Assembly: GCA_964229765.1 (NCBI GenBank)
Contig: CAXREJ010000044.1
Span: forward strand, 4,900 to 68,899
DNA: 64,000 nt
DNA from: Bdellovibrionales bacterium
GTDB taxonomy: Bacteria; Bdellovibrionota; Bdellovibrionia; Bdellovibrionales; JAGQZY01
Reading direction: 5' to 3'
Shown: piece by piece, positions 19,632 through 30,277 of the stretch
Numbering within the stretch: position 1 is the first letter of the stretch
How the letters are laid out: each line of letters begins with the position of its first letter
Program-made: the position numbers and the translations under genes
The notes under the pieces: generated by a model
Told to the model about the DNA's origin: nothing
Database searches by the model: none
What the model saw: the letters and a program-made list of their open reading frames with translations, nothing else

Positions 19632-20159
19632 TTACATTTGTGATTGAAGGTTTTTAGAAATTTTATTTAAAATAAAGAATTGGCCCGCACCAAAAGACGA
19701 CTCTGTCCAACGGTTTGTCTCTGGATTAAGTGTTTTATAAACGGCCTCTGTTTGAAAAGGCACATGGATTCTACAATTAATTTTTGAATAGTCTGTGATT
19801 TCTAAAATTTCACGCACACCCTCATTTTGAGAGGATTCCAATTCGGCACGATAAGTGTGAGTCCCGCACCAGTCTGATTCGACAGCGACAATCGGAAAGT
19901 TAATAAGGTGAGTTTTAGGAGCTAGGGCAATACAAAACTGGTTAGTGTTGCAGTGAGTGTCTTCAATAAGAGTCACTTCAATGGTTTGATTATCAAGGTC
20001 GAGACTAATGTGTCCATTGACGACAGCGCTGAGTTCTTCATGACCAATGTCAAAAGCTGAAATTTCTGAGAAGAGTGGATTGCTGTTTTCAGAAATGTTA
20101 GCAAGTGTGATTTGTGAAAAAGCCGTAATAAAAGTAAAGATTAAAAAAATTGATTTCAT
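19632..20159 (-). CDS. secreted hypothetical protein
   Basis: Start moved to MKSIFLIFTFITAFSQITLA (signal peptide). Cys-containing mature part. Confidence 0.5.
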   Translation of the reverse strand: MKSIFLIFTFITAFSQITLANISENSNPLFSEISAFDIGHEELSAVVNGHISLDLDNQTIEVTLIEDTHCNTNQFCIALAPKTHLINFPIVAVESDWCGTHTYRAELESSQNEGVREILEITDYSKINCRIHVPFQTEAVYKTLNPETNRWTESSFGAGQFFILNKISKNLQSQM

Positions 20160-20380
20160 GGTTCCCCCAAATAAGTATTTCAATGCAATTATTATTAAAG
20201 ATTAGAACTGCATCAGTGAAATTATTTAATTAGCGGTGATCTGATTATAAATACTTATTAGTGAAAGGGGCTAAGCTACCTCTTTTGAATTGAGATAAGC
20301 CCGTGGAATTTGACTGTTATTGAAATAAGAGTCACTAGGGTAGATTTTTAGTCTCTGCTGCGACTAAGCTGGGGGAGCTT

Positions 20381-21358
20381 TTAGCGAATAGAGCCTTGAG
20401 ACTCTTCGTAGTCTTTCCAGATTTGCCCAAGGTGGATGACTCTTGATCCAACTTCACAGACTGGGTTCACGGACTTTGCCACCACTATAGCGTCGTCGGG
20501 ACTTTGAATTTCCTCAATCACTTCACCGAAAATATTTGAGATTGTGGCAATTTTTTGCCCCTTTTTTACTTTTTCGGCGAGTTCTGGAAGAACACGAAGA
20601 ATTCCCCCGTTTTTAGAATAAAACCACGTGGAGTTTTTGCAGACGATGGCATCATGATCAATTTCTTCATGGTCTTCTTCCACCATGCCCAGTTCGACGA
20701 GCACATTATTGAGTCCAAAAATTGAAGTTCTAATATGTTTTCGTTGGAAAAGGTTAGGATCACCCACCTCAACAGTGATGGCATGGATACCAAGGCGGGC
20801 TGCTTCACCTCTTAAGGTTCCCTGAGCCCCTTGTTTATTGACAATAATTCTTGGCTCTTGCAGCTCTGCCATACGAGCAACCACTTCTTTTGTCATATCA
20901 GCTCGAACATAAAGAGAATTGATTCTTCCGAAGCTCGCTGTATGCAAATCAATTAAATAATCAAAGTGTTTGACCACTCTTTCAATAATAATTGAGGCGT
21001 AGACTTCACTGGTGGTACCGTTTTTCTTTCCTGGCATTAAACGGTTTAAATCACTGCCATCAGTAAATTCCCGCGTGCCATTCATAAAACCAGGGACGTT
21101 TAAAACAGGACAGAGAATGAGAGTTCCTTTTAACGTGCGGGCATCAATTTTTTCCCAAAGCTTATGAATGATAGAAACTCCATTGAGTTCGTTGCCGTGA
21201 AGAGCCGCTGTGATTCCCACAACAGGTCCATCTCCTCCCTTAGCAACCATAATAGGAATTTGCCAATAATCTCCAAGTGCATTTTTCACACTATTGAGTT
21301 TAAAATGATTTTTACTGTGATCTTTAATGCTGTCGAGTTCTAGATAATCAATAATCAT
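20381..21358 (-). CDS. succinylglutamate desuccinylase/aspartoacylase (AstE/AspA) family zinc deacylase
   Basis: ALHGNELNG zinc-binding motif, with a later DLHT region typical of the M14-like AstE/AspA family. Confidence 0.75.
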   Translation of the reverse strand: MIIDYLELDSIKDHSKNHFKLNSVKNALGDYWQIPIMVAKGGDGPVVGITAALHGNELNGVSIIHKLWEKIDARTLKGTLILCPVLNVPGFMNGTREFTDGSDLNRLMPGKKNGTTSEVYASIIIERVVKHFDYLIDLHTASFGRINSLYVRADMTKEVVARMAELQEPRIIVNKQGAQGTLRGEAARLGIHAITVEVGDPNLFQRKHIRTSIFGLNNVLVELGMVEEDHEEIDHDAIVCKNSTWFYSKNGGILRVLPELAEKVKKGQKIATISNIFGEVIEEIQSPDDAIVVAKSVNPVCEVGSRVIHLGQIWKDYEESQGSIR

Positions 21359-21363
21359 AACAG

Positions 21364-22794
21364 TTACCTTACTATAATTTCATTTAAAAGGGTTTGGTCG
21401 TTATCTAAAGAGTTAAGAAGTTTCATACGAAACTGCCCTTTAGAGTTCAGAAGGTTTTCAGCCATTTTATCAATGGCAATGATGGAGAGAACTGTTTGAA
21501 TGTAAGCTTGAATTAAATCATCTGTTCCGATTCCTAGAGTATTAAAGTCTTTGCGATCCATCAATAAAAGACGATTGGTATCCGACTCCCATTCGTTGGG
21601 TCCTTTTTTTATGGAAAGATTGGTACCAAGCATATCCCAACTGGCTCCCTTGTATTCCTTTTCTAATGGGCTGGCGGCTCGACGTGAATAAATAGCGCAG
21701 GGGTAAAAGCCATTGGGTGAGGAGTAAACCATCACACGTAGATCAGAGATATAGATGTTACCTTTATTATTAGGAACAGTTCCAATGTGATAAAATTTCC
21801 CATGAGTGCTTAAAGAGCTCCATTTGTAATGGCCGATGAGACTTTGAACAATAAACTGATCGTAGTCGTGGTCTTCTTCCATAAAAAGATCAAGCTCCTC
21901 CTTGCTCGTAACGGTGTAAACACCTTGTCCAGCGTTGGAGTAGGGGTTCTTAATAACAGCATAGCCACCAAACTTTTGTACCCATAAAGGAATCTCAACT
22001 TTACTGACGTCTCGAATCGTTTCGGGAGTGTTTATTTTGAGCCCTGTTCCAGCAAGTTCTGAATTATAAAACTGATAGGCTTTGTCGGCGACCAGTTTAT
22101 TGCGACCTCCAGAAAGACAAACCAAAGTGGAATTGTAAATAAATGTTTTACTTTCAACAGGGAGTCGGTTCCATGGTTTCTGCGTGACGTAACGGAATGC
22201 CGCTCGAATGGGGACCCAGCCTTCATCAGGAGTTTCCACATGCATAACCCCCTCTTCAAATTTAATAAAATGCTTTTCGCCATTGTAGTGCGGAATAAGA
22301 TAAACTTTTTCACCGGTTAACTCGGCAATAGTAGCCGCATAGCCTGAGTTTTCCATATGATTTTTGTCAAATAATACAGCCAGTGCCCCTTTTGGAAGTC
22401 GCTTTTTCTTAATAGCGGGGATAAATGAATTTTCAATCAGTGATTTATATCCACGGTACTCGTCGGATTCGGTTCTTTGTGGAAGAGACTTTTGACCTGA
22501 AGGACAAGAGTTGGTTTCGAGAACAACCATGCGACGATTACCAGCTTCGGTTGTAACGTAAAAAAGATCAGCCCCTCCCCAAAAAAAATGTTTAGTCTGA
22601 TAATTAAGAATATCTCGTAAAGCTTTAGAGCTTACTTGTGGGTTTAAATGAATGTAGCGTTTAATAATTCTTTCGTGATCAAGGTTAAAAAAGTAGCTCA
22701 CCATGGAGTGAAGTTGGGAGTTAAGAGCTTTTGAATAAAAATGGTCATCCTGTTCAAATTGATTGGGAAGATAAACCTTTACCTCATTTACCAT
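21364..22794 (-). CDS. putative ATP-grasp-like ligase
   Basis: Start moved to the ATG with an AAGGAG Shine-Dalgarno (MVNEVKVY...). Segments YAVIKNPYSNAGQGVYTV, FIVQSLIG and SDLRVMVY resemble ATP-grasp strands. It ends 5 nt before the deacylase gene. Confidence 0.4.
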   Translation of the reverse strand: MVNEVKVYLPNQFEQDDHFYSKALNSQLHSMVSYFFNLDHERIIKRYIHLNPQVSSKALRDILNYQTKHFFWGGADLFYVTTEAGNRRMVVLETNSCPSGQKSLPQRTESDEYRGYKSLIENSFIPAIKKKRLPKGALAVLFDKNHMENSGYAATIAELTGEKVYLIPHYNGEKHFIKFEEGVMHVETPDEGWVPIRAAFRYVTQKPWNRLPVESKTFIYNSTLVCLSGGRNKLVADKAYQFYNSELAGTGLKINTPETIRDVSKVEIPLWVQKFGGYAVIKNPYSNAGQGVYTVTSKEELDLFMEEDHDYDQFIVQSLIGHYKWSSLSTHGKFYHIGTVPNNKGNIYISDLRVMVYSSPNGFYPCAIYSRRAASPLEKEYKGASWDMLGTNLSIKKGPNEWESDTNRLLLMDRKDFNTLGIGTDDLIQAYIQTVLSIIAIDKMAENLLNSKGQFRMKLLNSLDNDQTLLNEIIVR

Positions 22795-22865
22795 GAACAC
22801 TCCTTTTTAAGAATAGTATGCATTTTATATCTTAAATAAAAAAGAAATCATTAAGATTTTATTAG

Positions 22866-23043
22866 GGGCTGTTGACAATTCATCAGCTACTACGGCTTTA
22901 ATCCCTTACAATCTAAAGCTGTTGTGCTCATCTTCCGCTTATTCGATGTGACTTTGGCCACACCACATAAAGCTCAGCCTGTGCTTAACTCAAAATGACT
23001 GAGGTTATGAGCCCTCAATACTCTGATGAATTGTCAACAGCCC
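22866..23043. repeat. 178-bp unit bounded by perfect 21-bp inverted repeats (MITE-like or structured RNA)
   Basis: GGGCTGTTGACAATTCATCAG at 22866-22886 is the exact reverse complement of 23023-23043. Each arm contains TTGACA. The unit sits between two minus-strand genes, 5 nt from the stop codon at 23048. Confidence 0.7.
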
Positions 23044-23047
23044 TTAT

Positions 23048-23611
23048 CTAGGAAGGAACCGTTTCTGTCGGAGTGTCTATTTGATTCTTCTTTCTGTTCT
23101 TTCTGTTCTTTCCAATTTTTCTAATTTTTAAAAAGAAGAAGACCGAGACAAGGAAAAGAATGCTGAGGAAAATCATATTAAACCAAGGAGTGTGCTGGTA
23201 ATCAGCGGGTACAATCCTGAGTTTAGTGGCATTGGGATAGAGGCTCAGCATGGGGAAGCGAAACCCATAATAAGTGATGTTGACGACTTTATCGGGACTA
23301 TGTTGATGAATATTCATAACCTCACCACTTAAATCACCAGAATTAAACTTAAAGTAAGGAGGCCATGGTACATCCTCATTGCGAAACATCAAAGTTTTAC
23401 CGGTTTCGTGATCTCTTGCTACGATGTAACGAACGTCTTTTAGGCTATCGCCTTTTGTATTCTGTATAACCTCTCGTTTGATTTCAGTGCCAACAAGATA
23501 AGCTTTTTTTGTGCTTGGTAAGTAATAAATGAGAAAGACTCCTAGGGATAGCAGGCCTGTGACAAGGATAAAATAAAGGAATCGTTTTAGATAAATTAAC
23601 ATTGAGTTCAT
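23048..23611 (-). CDS. DUF1523-like membrane-anchored protein
   Basis: N- and C-terminal TM segments. DVRYIVA...FRNEDVPWPPYFKFNSGDL resembles the DUF1523 signature as I recall it. Confidence 0.5.
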   Translation of the reverse strand: MNSMLIYLKRFLYFILVTGLLSLGVFLIYYLPSTKKAYLVGTEIKREVIQNTKGDSLKDVRYIVARDHETGKTLMFRNEDVPWPPYFKFNSGDLSGEVMNIHQHSPDKVVNITYYGFRFPMLSLYPNATKLRIVPADYQHTPWFNMIFLSILFLVSVFFFLKIRKIGKNRKNRKKNQIDTPTETVPS

Positions 23612-23666
23612 AATCTACACTCTCTCCCAGATTTGGGAGAGAGTGAAAATATTTAATTGGTGTTTA

Positions 23667-25010
23667 CTACTTCGCGTCAATCACAATGTCGACACGTCTG
23701 TTGAGCGTACGGCCTTTGGCGGTATCATTATTAGCTAAAGGCTGTGAAGCGCCATAACCTTTAGAGTTAATATCATAATCGGATCCTTTTGAAGAAAGAT
23801 ACTTCGCAACGGCTTTTGCTCTGGCATCAGAAAGTTTTTCATTCACTTTCTCACTTCCTGTCGAGTCGGTGTGTCCTTGAATTTGTACCTTTTCCGGTTG
23901 GATATCTTTAATAATTCCCTCTACTTTTGAAAGTAAGTCCATAGAACCTGTTGGGATGGTTGCGGACCCAGTTTTAAAGTTTAACTTTTTAAGGCGTAGG
24001 ATCAATCGATCGCCTTGTTGATAAACTTCGGCTTCGTTGTCATCAAAGTTTTTTCTCACAGCATCCATAGCTTTTTGGTAACGAACTTGTGCTTGAGCGC
24101 TAAGAGCTTCTGTTCTTTGTTCCGCAAGATCTTTTGAAGTGGCCTCAAGATCACTTTGAGTTTTTGCTAAATTTCCTTGAAGATTACCGACGGTTTCACT
24201 CAGTTTACCGAGCTTACGCTCTTGATAGACGAGAGTGAGTGCTACCTTTTCAGGTGAACCTTCAGCTTCTCCCATTAGTTTGTTCATTACATCATCAAGC
24301 AGTTTAGCTGACTTATTAGACTCTAAAACATCTTTATTGTATTCAGCTGGATCGCGCGGACTTTGAGCAATTTTATTTTCAGCAATGGTTAGATCTTTTT
24401 TAGCAGTTTCTAAAGTATTCGGTGCAAGATCGTCAGCATCATTGCTTTCAGCACGATCAATGATGGCACGAAACTTACCTAATTGACGATTCTGAACGGC
24501 TTTTACTTCCAGAGCTAGATATCTTTTTTGAAACTGAGAAAGCTCTTCTACTGACAGTTTATCTTCAAAGTTGTCCGTTTCATCGCGAAGATCGTCATCT
24601 ATTTCCTGAAGTTTGTTATCGAGAGTCGTGGTTGCACGGGCACCGGCCATTTGAGCCTGGCTACGAGCATCAATAATGCTTTCAGACACTTTATCTATTT
24701 TATTATCAGCTGTAGATTTTGCTTTTAAAAAGTGAGCTTTTGCTTCGGCTAATGAATCAAGGATTTCTTGTTCGTCATCACCTTCTTTTAAATCTTCTAA
24801 AGCTTCATTGAGATCGCTAACTCCCTCAGAGTACTGCTTGTAAGCAACAAGATCCACATTGTCTTTTTCTAAATCGGATTTCATTTCTTTGATATCTCTT
24901 GCCGCTGAAGCGGCTTCAGTACTTGAAAGCTCTGCTTTTTCTCCAGATGCACAGCCTGCAATTAAGGCTATACTGGCTAGTCCCAAAACTAGGTGTTTGA
25001 GTTTTGTCAT
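23667..25010 (-). CDS. OmpA-family lipoprotein with long coiled-coil N-terminal region
   Basis: Lipobox LIAGCAS. The C-terminal OmpA-like domain reads GHTDSTGSEKVNEKLSDARAKAV...NRRVDIVI. Confidence 0.85.
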   Translation of the reverse strand: MTKLKHLVLGLASIALIAGCASGEKAELSSTEAASAARDIKEMKSDLEKDNVDLVAYKQYSEGVSDLNEALEDLKEGDDEQEILDSLAEAKAHFLKAKSTADNKIDKVSESIIDARSQAQMAGARATTTLDNKLQEIDDDLRDETDNFEDKLSVEELSQFQKRYLALEVKAVQNRQLGKFRAIIDRAESNDADDLAPNTLETAKKDLTIAENKIAQSPRDPAEYNKDVLESNKSAKLLDDVMNKLMGEAEGSPEKVALTLVYQERKLGKLSETVGNLQGNLAKTQSDLEATSKDLAEQRTEALSAQAQVRYQKAMDAVRKNFDDNEAEVYQQGDRLILRLKKLNFKTGSATIPTGSMDLLSKVEGIIKDIQPEKVQIQGHTDSTGSEKVNEKLSDARAKAVAKYLSSKGSDYDINSKGYGASQPLANNDTAKGRTLNRRVDIVIDAK

Positions 25011-25267
25011 ATATTTTCCTCCTAAAATTTTTCAAACCTATTTGTGACCAAGAACCATCTCTTGATGTCACACTCGTTGAATAGTTGATGAGACAATTAT
25101 AGTTGAGATAGTTACACAGACTATCTTGCTTTTGTGGATATTTGATCACATAAAGAATGTTTGTCTTAAAATGAGTTTGATTAAAGTCTAGGAATAATGG
25201 TGGCTTGGTGACTTTGTGTGATATCTACAGTGTGTTTGAAAATATTCTAAATTAATAAACTGTGAAT

Positions 25268-25300
25268 AAAAGGCTCTCAAGATAATTAATGAGAGCTTTT
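25268..25300. terminator. bidirectional-looking hairpin terminator downstream of mgtC-like gene
   Basis: AAAAGGCTCTCA-loop-TGAGAGCTTTT, with an A-run on one side and a T-run on the other. Confidence 0.5.
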
Positions 25301-25332
25301 GGTTTTAAGAAAAATAAAAAGTTTTTGTTCCA

Positions 25333-26130
25333 TTAATCGGTTTCGTAGTGAGAACTTCTTTTCTTGGGTTGTGGAGGCGCTTTTTTGAGATCAGGTTTTT
25401 CATCTCCATCATCAATGGCTTTAATGGCAGAGTAATAAGCCACATCTTGAACTTTCAGAGCTTGTTTTAACTCATAAACTAATCTTTCCATGTGTCGAGG
25501 ATGGGCCCTCATAAAAGCACTGAGAATTTTAGTTCCTTTTTTTCCAGAAAAGGGTTCTTCAATCATTTCGTCAATTTCAAATCCTTCATGCTCAACTAAG
25601 GCTTTGACTGTATTTTTAACTGAACCTTTCGATAGAATTTCGAGTTGAAAGTACTCGAAGTCTTTTTCTGCTTCTAAATATTTGTAAAGTGGGGTGATCA
25701 TTTTTAAAACGATCAAGGTTGTGATGGTAAAAATAGCAGCTGTAAATGGGTAGCCAGCTCCAATGGTAAAACCGATGGCGGCCACAACCCATATAGTGGC
25801 CGCAGTGGTCATTCCAACAACACCACCTTTACCTTGGATAATGGCACCAGCCCCCAAGAAGCCAATACCGCTAACAATTTGAGCGGCCACTCGATTGGGA
25901 TCAGCCATACCAGCAGCTCCGACAGCGATAAGAAGACCAATAGTAGTGTAAAGTGTGGCACCAAGACAAATGAGAATATTTGTTTTAATTCCGGCTGATT
26001 TTAGTTTTTTTTCACGGTCATAACCGACAAGACCACCAAGTAAGAGGGCCATAAACACTTGAATTCCAATTCCAAAATAGATTGAAACTTCACCGAAAAG
26101 TTCGATAGGCATTTTAGTTGTAATAAGCAT
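25333..26130 (-). CDS. MgtC/SapB family membrane protein
   Basis: N-terminal multi-TM region (GYDREKKLKSAGIKTNILICLGA) plus a soluble C-terminal domain, which is the MgtC layout. Confidence 0.8.
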   Translation of the reverse strand: MLITTKMPIELFGEVSIYFGIGIQVFMALLLGGLVGYDREKKLKSAGIKTNILICLGATLYTTIGLLIAVGAAGMADPNRVAAQIVSGIGFLGAGAIIQGKGGVVGMTTAATIWVVAAIGFTIGAGYPFTAAIFTITTLIVLKMITPLYKYLEAEKDFEYFQLEILSKGSVKNTVKALVEHEGFEIDEMIEEPFSGKKGTKILSAFMRAHPRHMERLVYELKQALKVQDVAYYSAIKAIDDGDEKPDLKKAPPQPKKRSSHYETD

Positions 26131-26273
26131 GAGACCCCTTTAACCACAGAATTGTAGGTTTTCCCCTCTTTTTTCCACATATCACTTTAGGCTGTAGATG
26201 AGAGAATTGTCAAAGTTCTGTTAATTCTTTGTTAGCTTTAAAGCGCCCGTGGATGAGGCTCCACAATCAGGAA

Positions 26274-28016
26274 TCACACACTAAGTTCCTCGATAAATAT
26301 TTTTTCAGTGATTTTCCAAAACTTACCTTGTTTGCGACCAATCACAAAAGAGGGCATGCGCAGTTGATTTTGTAATTGAATAACTTCTTCTACGGAAGAT
26401 AAATCCAATTTAAGCTCTGGCCTTTTTAGGTGTGACCGCAAAAAATTGATATTAAACTTTTTAAGCGCAGTTTGATTGTTGATATAATGAATCTCTGACA
26501 AATAGTTTGAGTCCCAATCATAATAGCGTACTTCTAAAAAAGGATTTTTATTTTTGTCATATTTTTCAAGCATCTCGACAGAGTCTGGTTTGAGGACATG
26601 AGCATTTTTAGAAAGTTTAGCTTGTTTGAGCTTGGCATCGGCTGATGTCAGTTCGTGACCACACTTTTCACAACTGCGAGCGGTTAAGTCATTTTGAGCC
26701 ATACATTTATCACACAACTTGAAGCGAAAACGAAAACCACAGGGCTCGTAATCAAATGTTGTGGGATTTTGTTTGGCTCCTCGACACTTGCGACCAAAAT
26801 GTTCGACCACATAACCAAACTCATCGGTTCGCCCCCAGAAATCATTGAGAAAACCACAATCAGGGCATTCCACTTGTACAGCAATGGTATCTTTGGCAGG
26901 CTTTTTATCTGAAATTTCAGGACTGTAGATATTGTGACCCATACCAGTGTAGTCGAGAATAAAGCAGTCTTTTTTTGATTCACTTAAGCGAAGTCCTCGA
27001 CCGATGATCTGTTGATAGAGGCTGATGGATTCAGTCGGCCTTAGGATTGCGATGACATCCACATGAGGAGCATCAAAGCCTGTTGTGAGGACAGAAACAT
27101 TGACTAAATATTTGAATTTTTTATTTTTAAAATCTTGAATAATACCATTGCGCTTTTCATCTTCGGTTTCACCTAAAATGAGTTGAGCCTGTCCTTCGGG
27201 GAGGTACTCTAGGATTTCTTGGGCATGTTTGACAGTGCTACTAAATATCATCACTCCTTCGCGGTCGTATGTTTCCGTGATGTCGATAATATTTTTTATA
27301 ATTAATGGAGTGAGTTTTCTTTGTCTCTTTAGGATTTCTTCAATCTGAGTGGAGGTGAAGGGAGCCCCTTTTTCAATGAGTTCAGAGAAGTCATAACTCG
27401 TAACGGGAATATCAACCTTAACAGGTGGAGTGAGGTAGTTGTTTTTAATCATGTACTGAAGTGGCAGCTCAAAAACACATTGTTTAAAAAAACGATCTTC
27501 AGTGGTTTGCTCTACTCCACGGTGAGAATAATTATATATCCACCCCATTCCTAAGCGGTAAGGTGTGGCCGTTAAGCCCAAAATACATAAATTTTTATTA
27601 GCCTGCCTTAATCTTTGAATGACTTGTCTGTACTGAGTGTCCTCATCCAGACTGACACGGTGACATTCATCCACAACAAGTAAAGTGAAGTCTTCAAAAA
27701 AATGATCAGGAGCATTGGCGACTGATTGAATACTTCCAAAGATAACCTTGTGATTAAAATCTTTTTTATTAAGGCCTGCGGAATAAATTCCCGCTTTAAG
27801 GTTATAACTTTCATATTTACTATGGTTTTGTTCAACCAGTTCTTTAACATGGGCAAGAACGAGAACTCGGCCTCTAGCAATGCGAGCCAGTTCTGCGATG
27901 ACTAAACTTTTTCCAGCACCTGTTGGTAGCACAATAACAGCCGGTTCACGCTTTTTCTTAAAGTATGCAAGGGTGCGGTCTACGGCTTCTTGTTGATAGT
28001 CCCTGAGTTGATACAT
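26274..28016 (-). CDS. radD: DNA repair helicase RadD (YejH), SF2 DEAH helicase with C-terminal zinc ribbons
   Basis: Start moved to [13 protein letters not shown]. Near-collinear with E. coli RadD as I recall it: [65 protein letters not shown], and the CPDCGF/CEKCG zinc motifs. Confidence 0.9.
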   Translation of the reverse strand: MYQLRDYQQEAVDRTLAYFKKKREPAVIVLPTGAGKSLVIAELARIARGRVLVLAHVKELVEQNHSKYESYNLKAGIYSAGLNKKDFNHKVIFGSIQSVANAPDHFFEDFTLLVVDECHRVSLDEDTQYRQVIQRLRQANKNLCILGLTATPYRLGMGWIYNYSHRGVEQTTEDRFFKQCVFELPLQYMIKNNYLTPPVKVDIPVTSYDFSELIEKGAPFTSTQIEEILKRQRKLTPLIIKNIIDITETYDREGVMIFSSTVKHAQEILEYLPEGQAQLILGETEDEKRNGIIQDFKNKKFKYLVNVSVLTTGFDAPHVDVIAILRPTESISLYQQIIGRGLRLSESKKDCFILDYTGMGHNIYSPEISDKKPAKDTIAVQVECPDCGFLNDFWGRTDEFGYVVEHFGRKCRGAKQNPTTFDYEPCGFRFRFKLCDKCMAQNDLTARSCEKCGHELTSADAKLKQAKLSKNAHVLKPDSVEMLEKYDKNKNPFLEVRYYDWDSNYLSEIHYINNQTALKKFNINFLRSHLKRPELKLDLSSVEEVIQLQNQLRMPSFVIGRKQGKFWKITEKIFIEELSV

Positions 28017-28076
28017 CCTCTTAGTCTTATATGAAAAACAACTAAGAGGATACAATTGATGTTATGCAGATTCCCT

Positions 28077-28694
28077 TTAGATGAGACCCATGTCTTTTGC
28101 CAGCTGTTCGTCTTTTTGTTTGGCTTTTATAAGAGCAGGGCGATCTTTCAGTCGATCCCAGTAATTGATAAATTCTTGTTTTTTAGGCAGAGTTCCGAAT
28201 TCTAGACCCCAGCCAACTTGTGAACCGACATAGACATCAGCAATTGAAAAGTGATCGCCGGATACAAAGGGTTTTTGTTGCAGAGACTCAGCCAAAACTG
28301 AAACCGTTCGGTCATAAGTTCCAAAACCCACCATGCGCTCTTTTTCTTGGGGAACATCAATGTTGAGATTCTTAAAGGTGATTGCCATTTCAAGAGGGGT
28401 GGCCGCGAAGAATAGCCATCTAAAAAAGTCAGCTTTTTCTCTTGGATCTTCAGGCATCAGATCCTTGTCAGGAAATACAGAGGCTAAGTAAAGACAAATC
28501 GCAGCGGCTTCCGTAATGACTTTTTCATTATGGACAAGGGTGGGCACTTTTCCCATAGGGTTAATTTTTAAGTACTCAGGGTCTTTCATTTCCTCTCCAT
28601 AATGGAGAGTCTTAATCTCATAGGGCTCGCCCACTTCTTCTAGAGCCCAGCGCACAATCTGACTGCGAGAGTGAGGGTTTGTATAAAAAATCAT
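28077..28694 (-). CDS. glutathione S-transferase
   Basis: Start moved to the ATG (MIFYTNPHS) with a GGAG Shine-Dalgarno. The thioredoxin-like N-domain has KINPMGKVPTL and ITEAAAICLYLA. Confidence 0.8.
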   Translation of the reverse strand: MIFYTNPHSRSQIVRWALEEVGEPYEIKTLHYGEEMKDPEYLKINPMGKVPTLVHNEKVITEAAAICLYLASVFPDKDLMPEDPREKADFFRWLFFAATPLEMAITFKNLNIDVPQEKERMVGFGTYDRTVSVLAESLQQKPFVSGDHFSIADVYVGSQVGWGLEFGTLPKKQEFINYWDRLKDRPALIKAKQKDEQLAKDMGLI

Positions 28695-28713
28695 ATTAAA
28701 CTCCAAGTTTTAA

Positions 28714-29088
28714 TTAATTGGTTTTTAAATCACGAGAAACGATTGTCTTGAAGCCACCCCAAAACATGCGAGTGCCATCAAAGGGCACACTTTGAGATTC
28801 CATCTCTTTCATGCGTGGGTCACTAAAAACTTTTTGCATAACCTCATCACGATGTTCTCGATTTTTATAACGAGCATAAGCGAAAATAACCACTTCATTT
28901 TCCTTCAAGTTGACACTTTGAGGGAATGAAGTCACTTTGCCGGACTTTACATCATCAGCGATACACTCTTTGTACTCCAGTGCACCATGATCCATCCAAA
29001 TTTGAGCCGCCATTTCAGCCAGTTCGGTGTACCTTTCTACCTGATCTTGAGGGAGGGGGAGCACAAAACTATCAAAATAATCATTCAT
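28714..29088 (-). CDS. DUF1428 family protein
   Basis: 124 aa. YFDSFVLPLPQDQVERY...GALEYKECIADDV is typical of this family, from memory. Confidence 0.6.
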   Translation of the reverse strand: MNDYFDSFVLPLPQDQVERYTELAEMAAQIWMDHGALEYKECIADDVKSGKVTSFPQSVNLKENEVVIFAYARYKNREHRDEVMQKVFSDPRMKEMESQSVPFDGTRMFWGGFKTIVSRDLKTN

Positions 29089-29111
29089 TATCGACCTCCT
29101 TAAAAGTCTCT

Positions 29112-29849
29112 TTAGTTTCTACAAATTGTTTTAAAGCTTTCTTTGTATTCAGACATGGGTGTAAGTCCCATTTGTTTTCGTCTCTTTTCAAGTGATTTTA
29201 AATTTTTAATGGGGAAGGCTTGCCAGGTGCCGTCTTCAAGGCACTTGCCTTGAGTACCATAATATTGTTCTTTGATTGGCTCAGGGTTTTGGGTGGAGAT
29301 GGAAACACGATCATAGAGATAGGCATAATTTTTAGAATCAGTATCTTGTGTTTTTAAGAGGGACTCGAGGAGGGAAAGGGCATGTTGTTGGAATTTGTAA
29401 TCTAGGTCAGCATGTTGTGTGATCAACCAGGCGTTATGATCTGCTTTTTTGCCAAAAGTTGATATTTTAGGCCAACCATATTTTTTGATAATTTTTTTTA
29501 AGTCTTTTGTGTTTTGTTTATCAATTTTTTCCATACGAGGAATAAACTCTTTATAAAAATTTTGTTCCTCTCGATGGGAGTAATCATTGTCTTTTGTTGT
29601 TTGCATAAAATTTCGAGTGTACTGATCAAGAGTCACCATAGCCTTCAATTTTGCTTTCACCCAATCGTGACCTGTTTTTATTTTTAGTTTTTGGGAGAGT
29701 TCTCTTTTCTTTTGAGTCATAAAATGATCATATTTTTGAATGTCGGAATGGACGAGACTTAATTGTGATTCTTCAAATTTTTTTTGAGCACAAGAGATGA
29801 GAAAGAGAAAAAGTGAAGTGGTTAGAATTTTTTTGAGCCATCTATCCAT
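29112..29849 (-). CDS. hypothetical lipoprotein
   Basis: Start moved to MDRWLKKILTTSLFLFLISC (lipobox). No family recognised. Confidence 0.45.
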   Translation of the reverse strand: MDRWLKKILTTSLFLFLISCAQKKFEESQLSLVHSDIQKYDHFMTQKKRELSQKLKIKTGHDWVKAKLKAMVTLDQYTRNFMQTTKDNDYSHREEQNFYKEFIPRMEKIDKQNTKDLKKIIKKYGWPKISTFGKKADHNAWLITQHADLDYKFQQHALSLLESLLKTQDTDSKNYAYLYDRVSISTQNPEPIKEQYYGTQGKCLEDGTWQAFPIKNLKSLEKRRKQMGLTPMSEYKESFKTICRN

Positions 29850-29887
29850 ATGCAATACAAACCTCAGAATTAAAGTTATCAAATACT

Positions 29888-30259
29888 TTATAACAAACGT
29901 GAACCAAGGGGAACCTCAGAATCTGGAGAAAAAAGAACCACCTGTCCCTTTTCATTAGCAAAACCAAGAGTTAATACTTCAGAGCGAATAGGTCCAATTT
30001 GCCTTGGTGGAAAATTAACCACGGCCGCTATTTTTTTGCCGATAAGTTCATTGCAATCATAGAGTTCTGTAATCTGGGCACTGGATTTTTTTACTCCGAT
30101 GGTTTCTCCAAAGTCGATCATTAAAAGAAATGAAGGGTTACGGGCTTCTTTAAAGACTTCAGCACTTTTAATAACACCCAGTCGAATATCCACTTTCATA
30201 AAGTCTTGAAAGGATGTTTCAGGAGCCGGTGGCTCACTGTGATCATGATTGATATGCAA
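29888..30259 (-). CDS. tRNA-binding domain protein (CsaA/EMAP-like)
   Basis: FMKVDIRLGVIKSAE...AAVVNFPPRQIGP...SEVLTLG is the OB-fold tRNA-binding signature. Confidence 0.8.
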   Translation of the reverse strand: MHINHDHSEPPAPETSFQDFMKVDIRLGVIKSAEVFKEARNPSFLLMIDFGETIGVKKSSAQITELYDCNELIGKKIAAVVNFPPRQIGPIRSEVLTLGFANEKGQVVLFSPDSEVPLGSRLL

Positions 30260-30277
30260 ATGCTCCTCCCTGAAAAG

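Noticed and set aside
23090-23115. Short tandem repeat TTCTTTCTG x2
   Set aside because: It lies inside the DUF1523-like gene, where it encodes the basic tail NRKNRKK. It has no independent significance.
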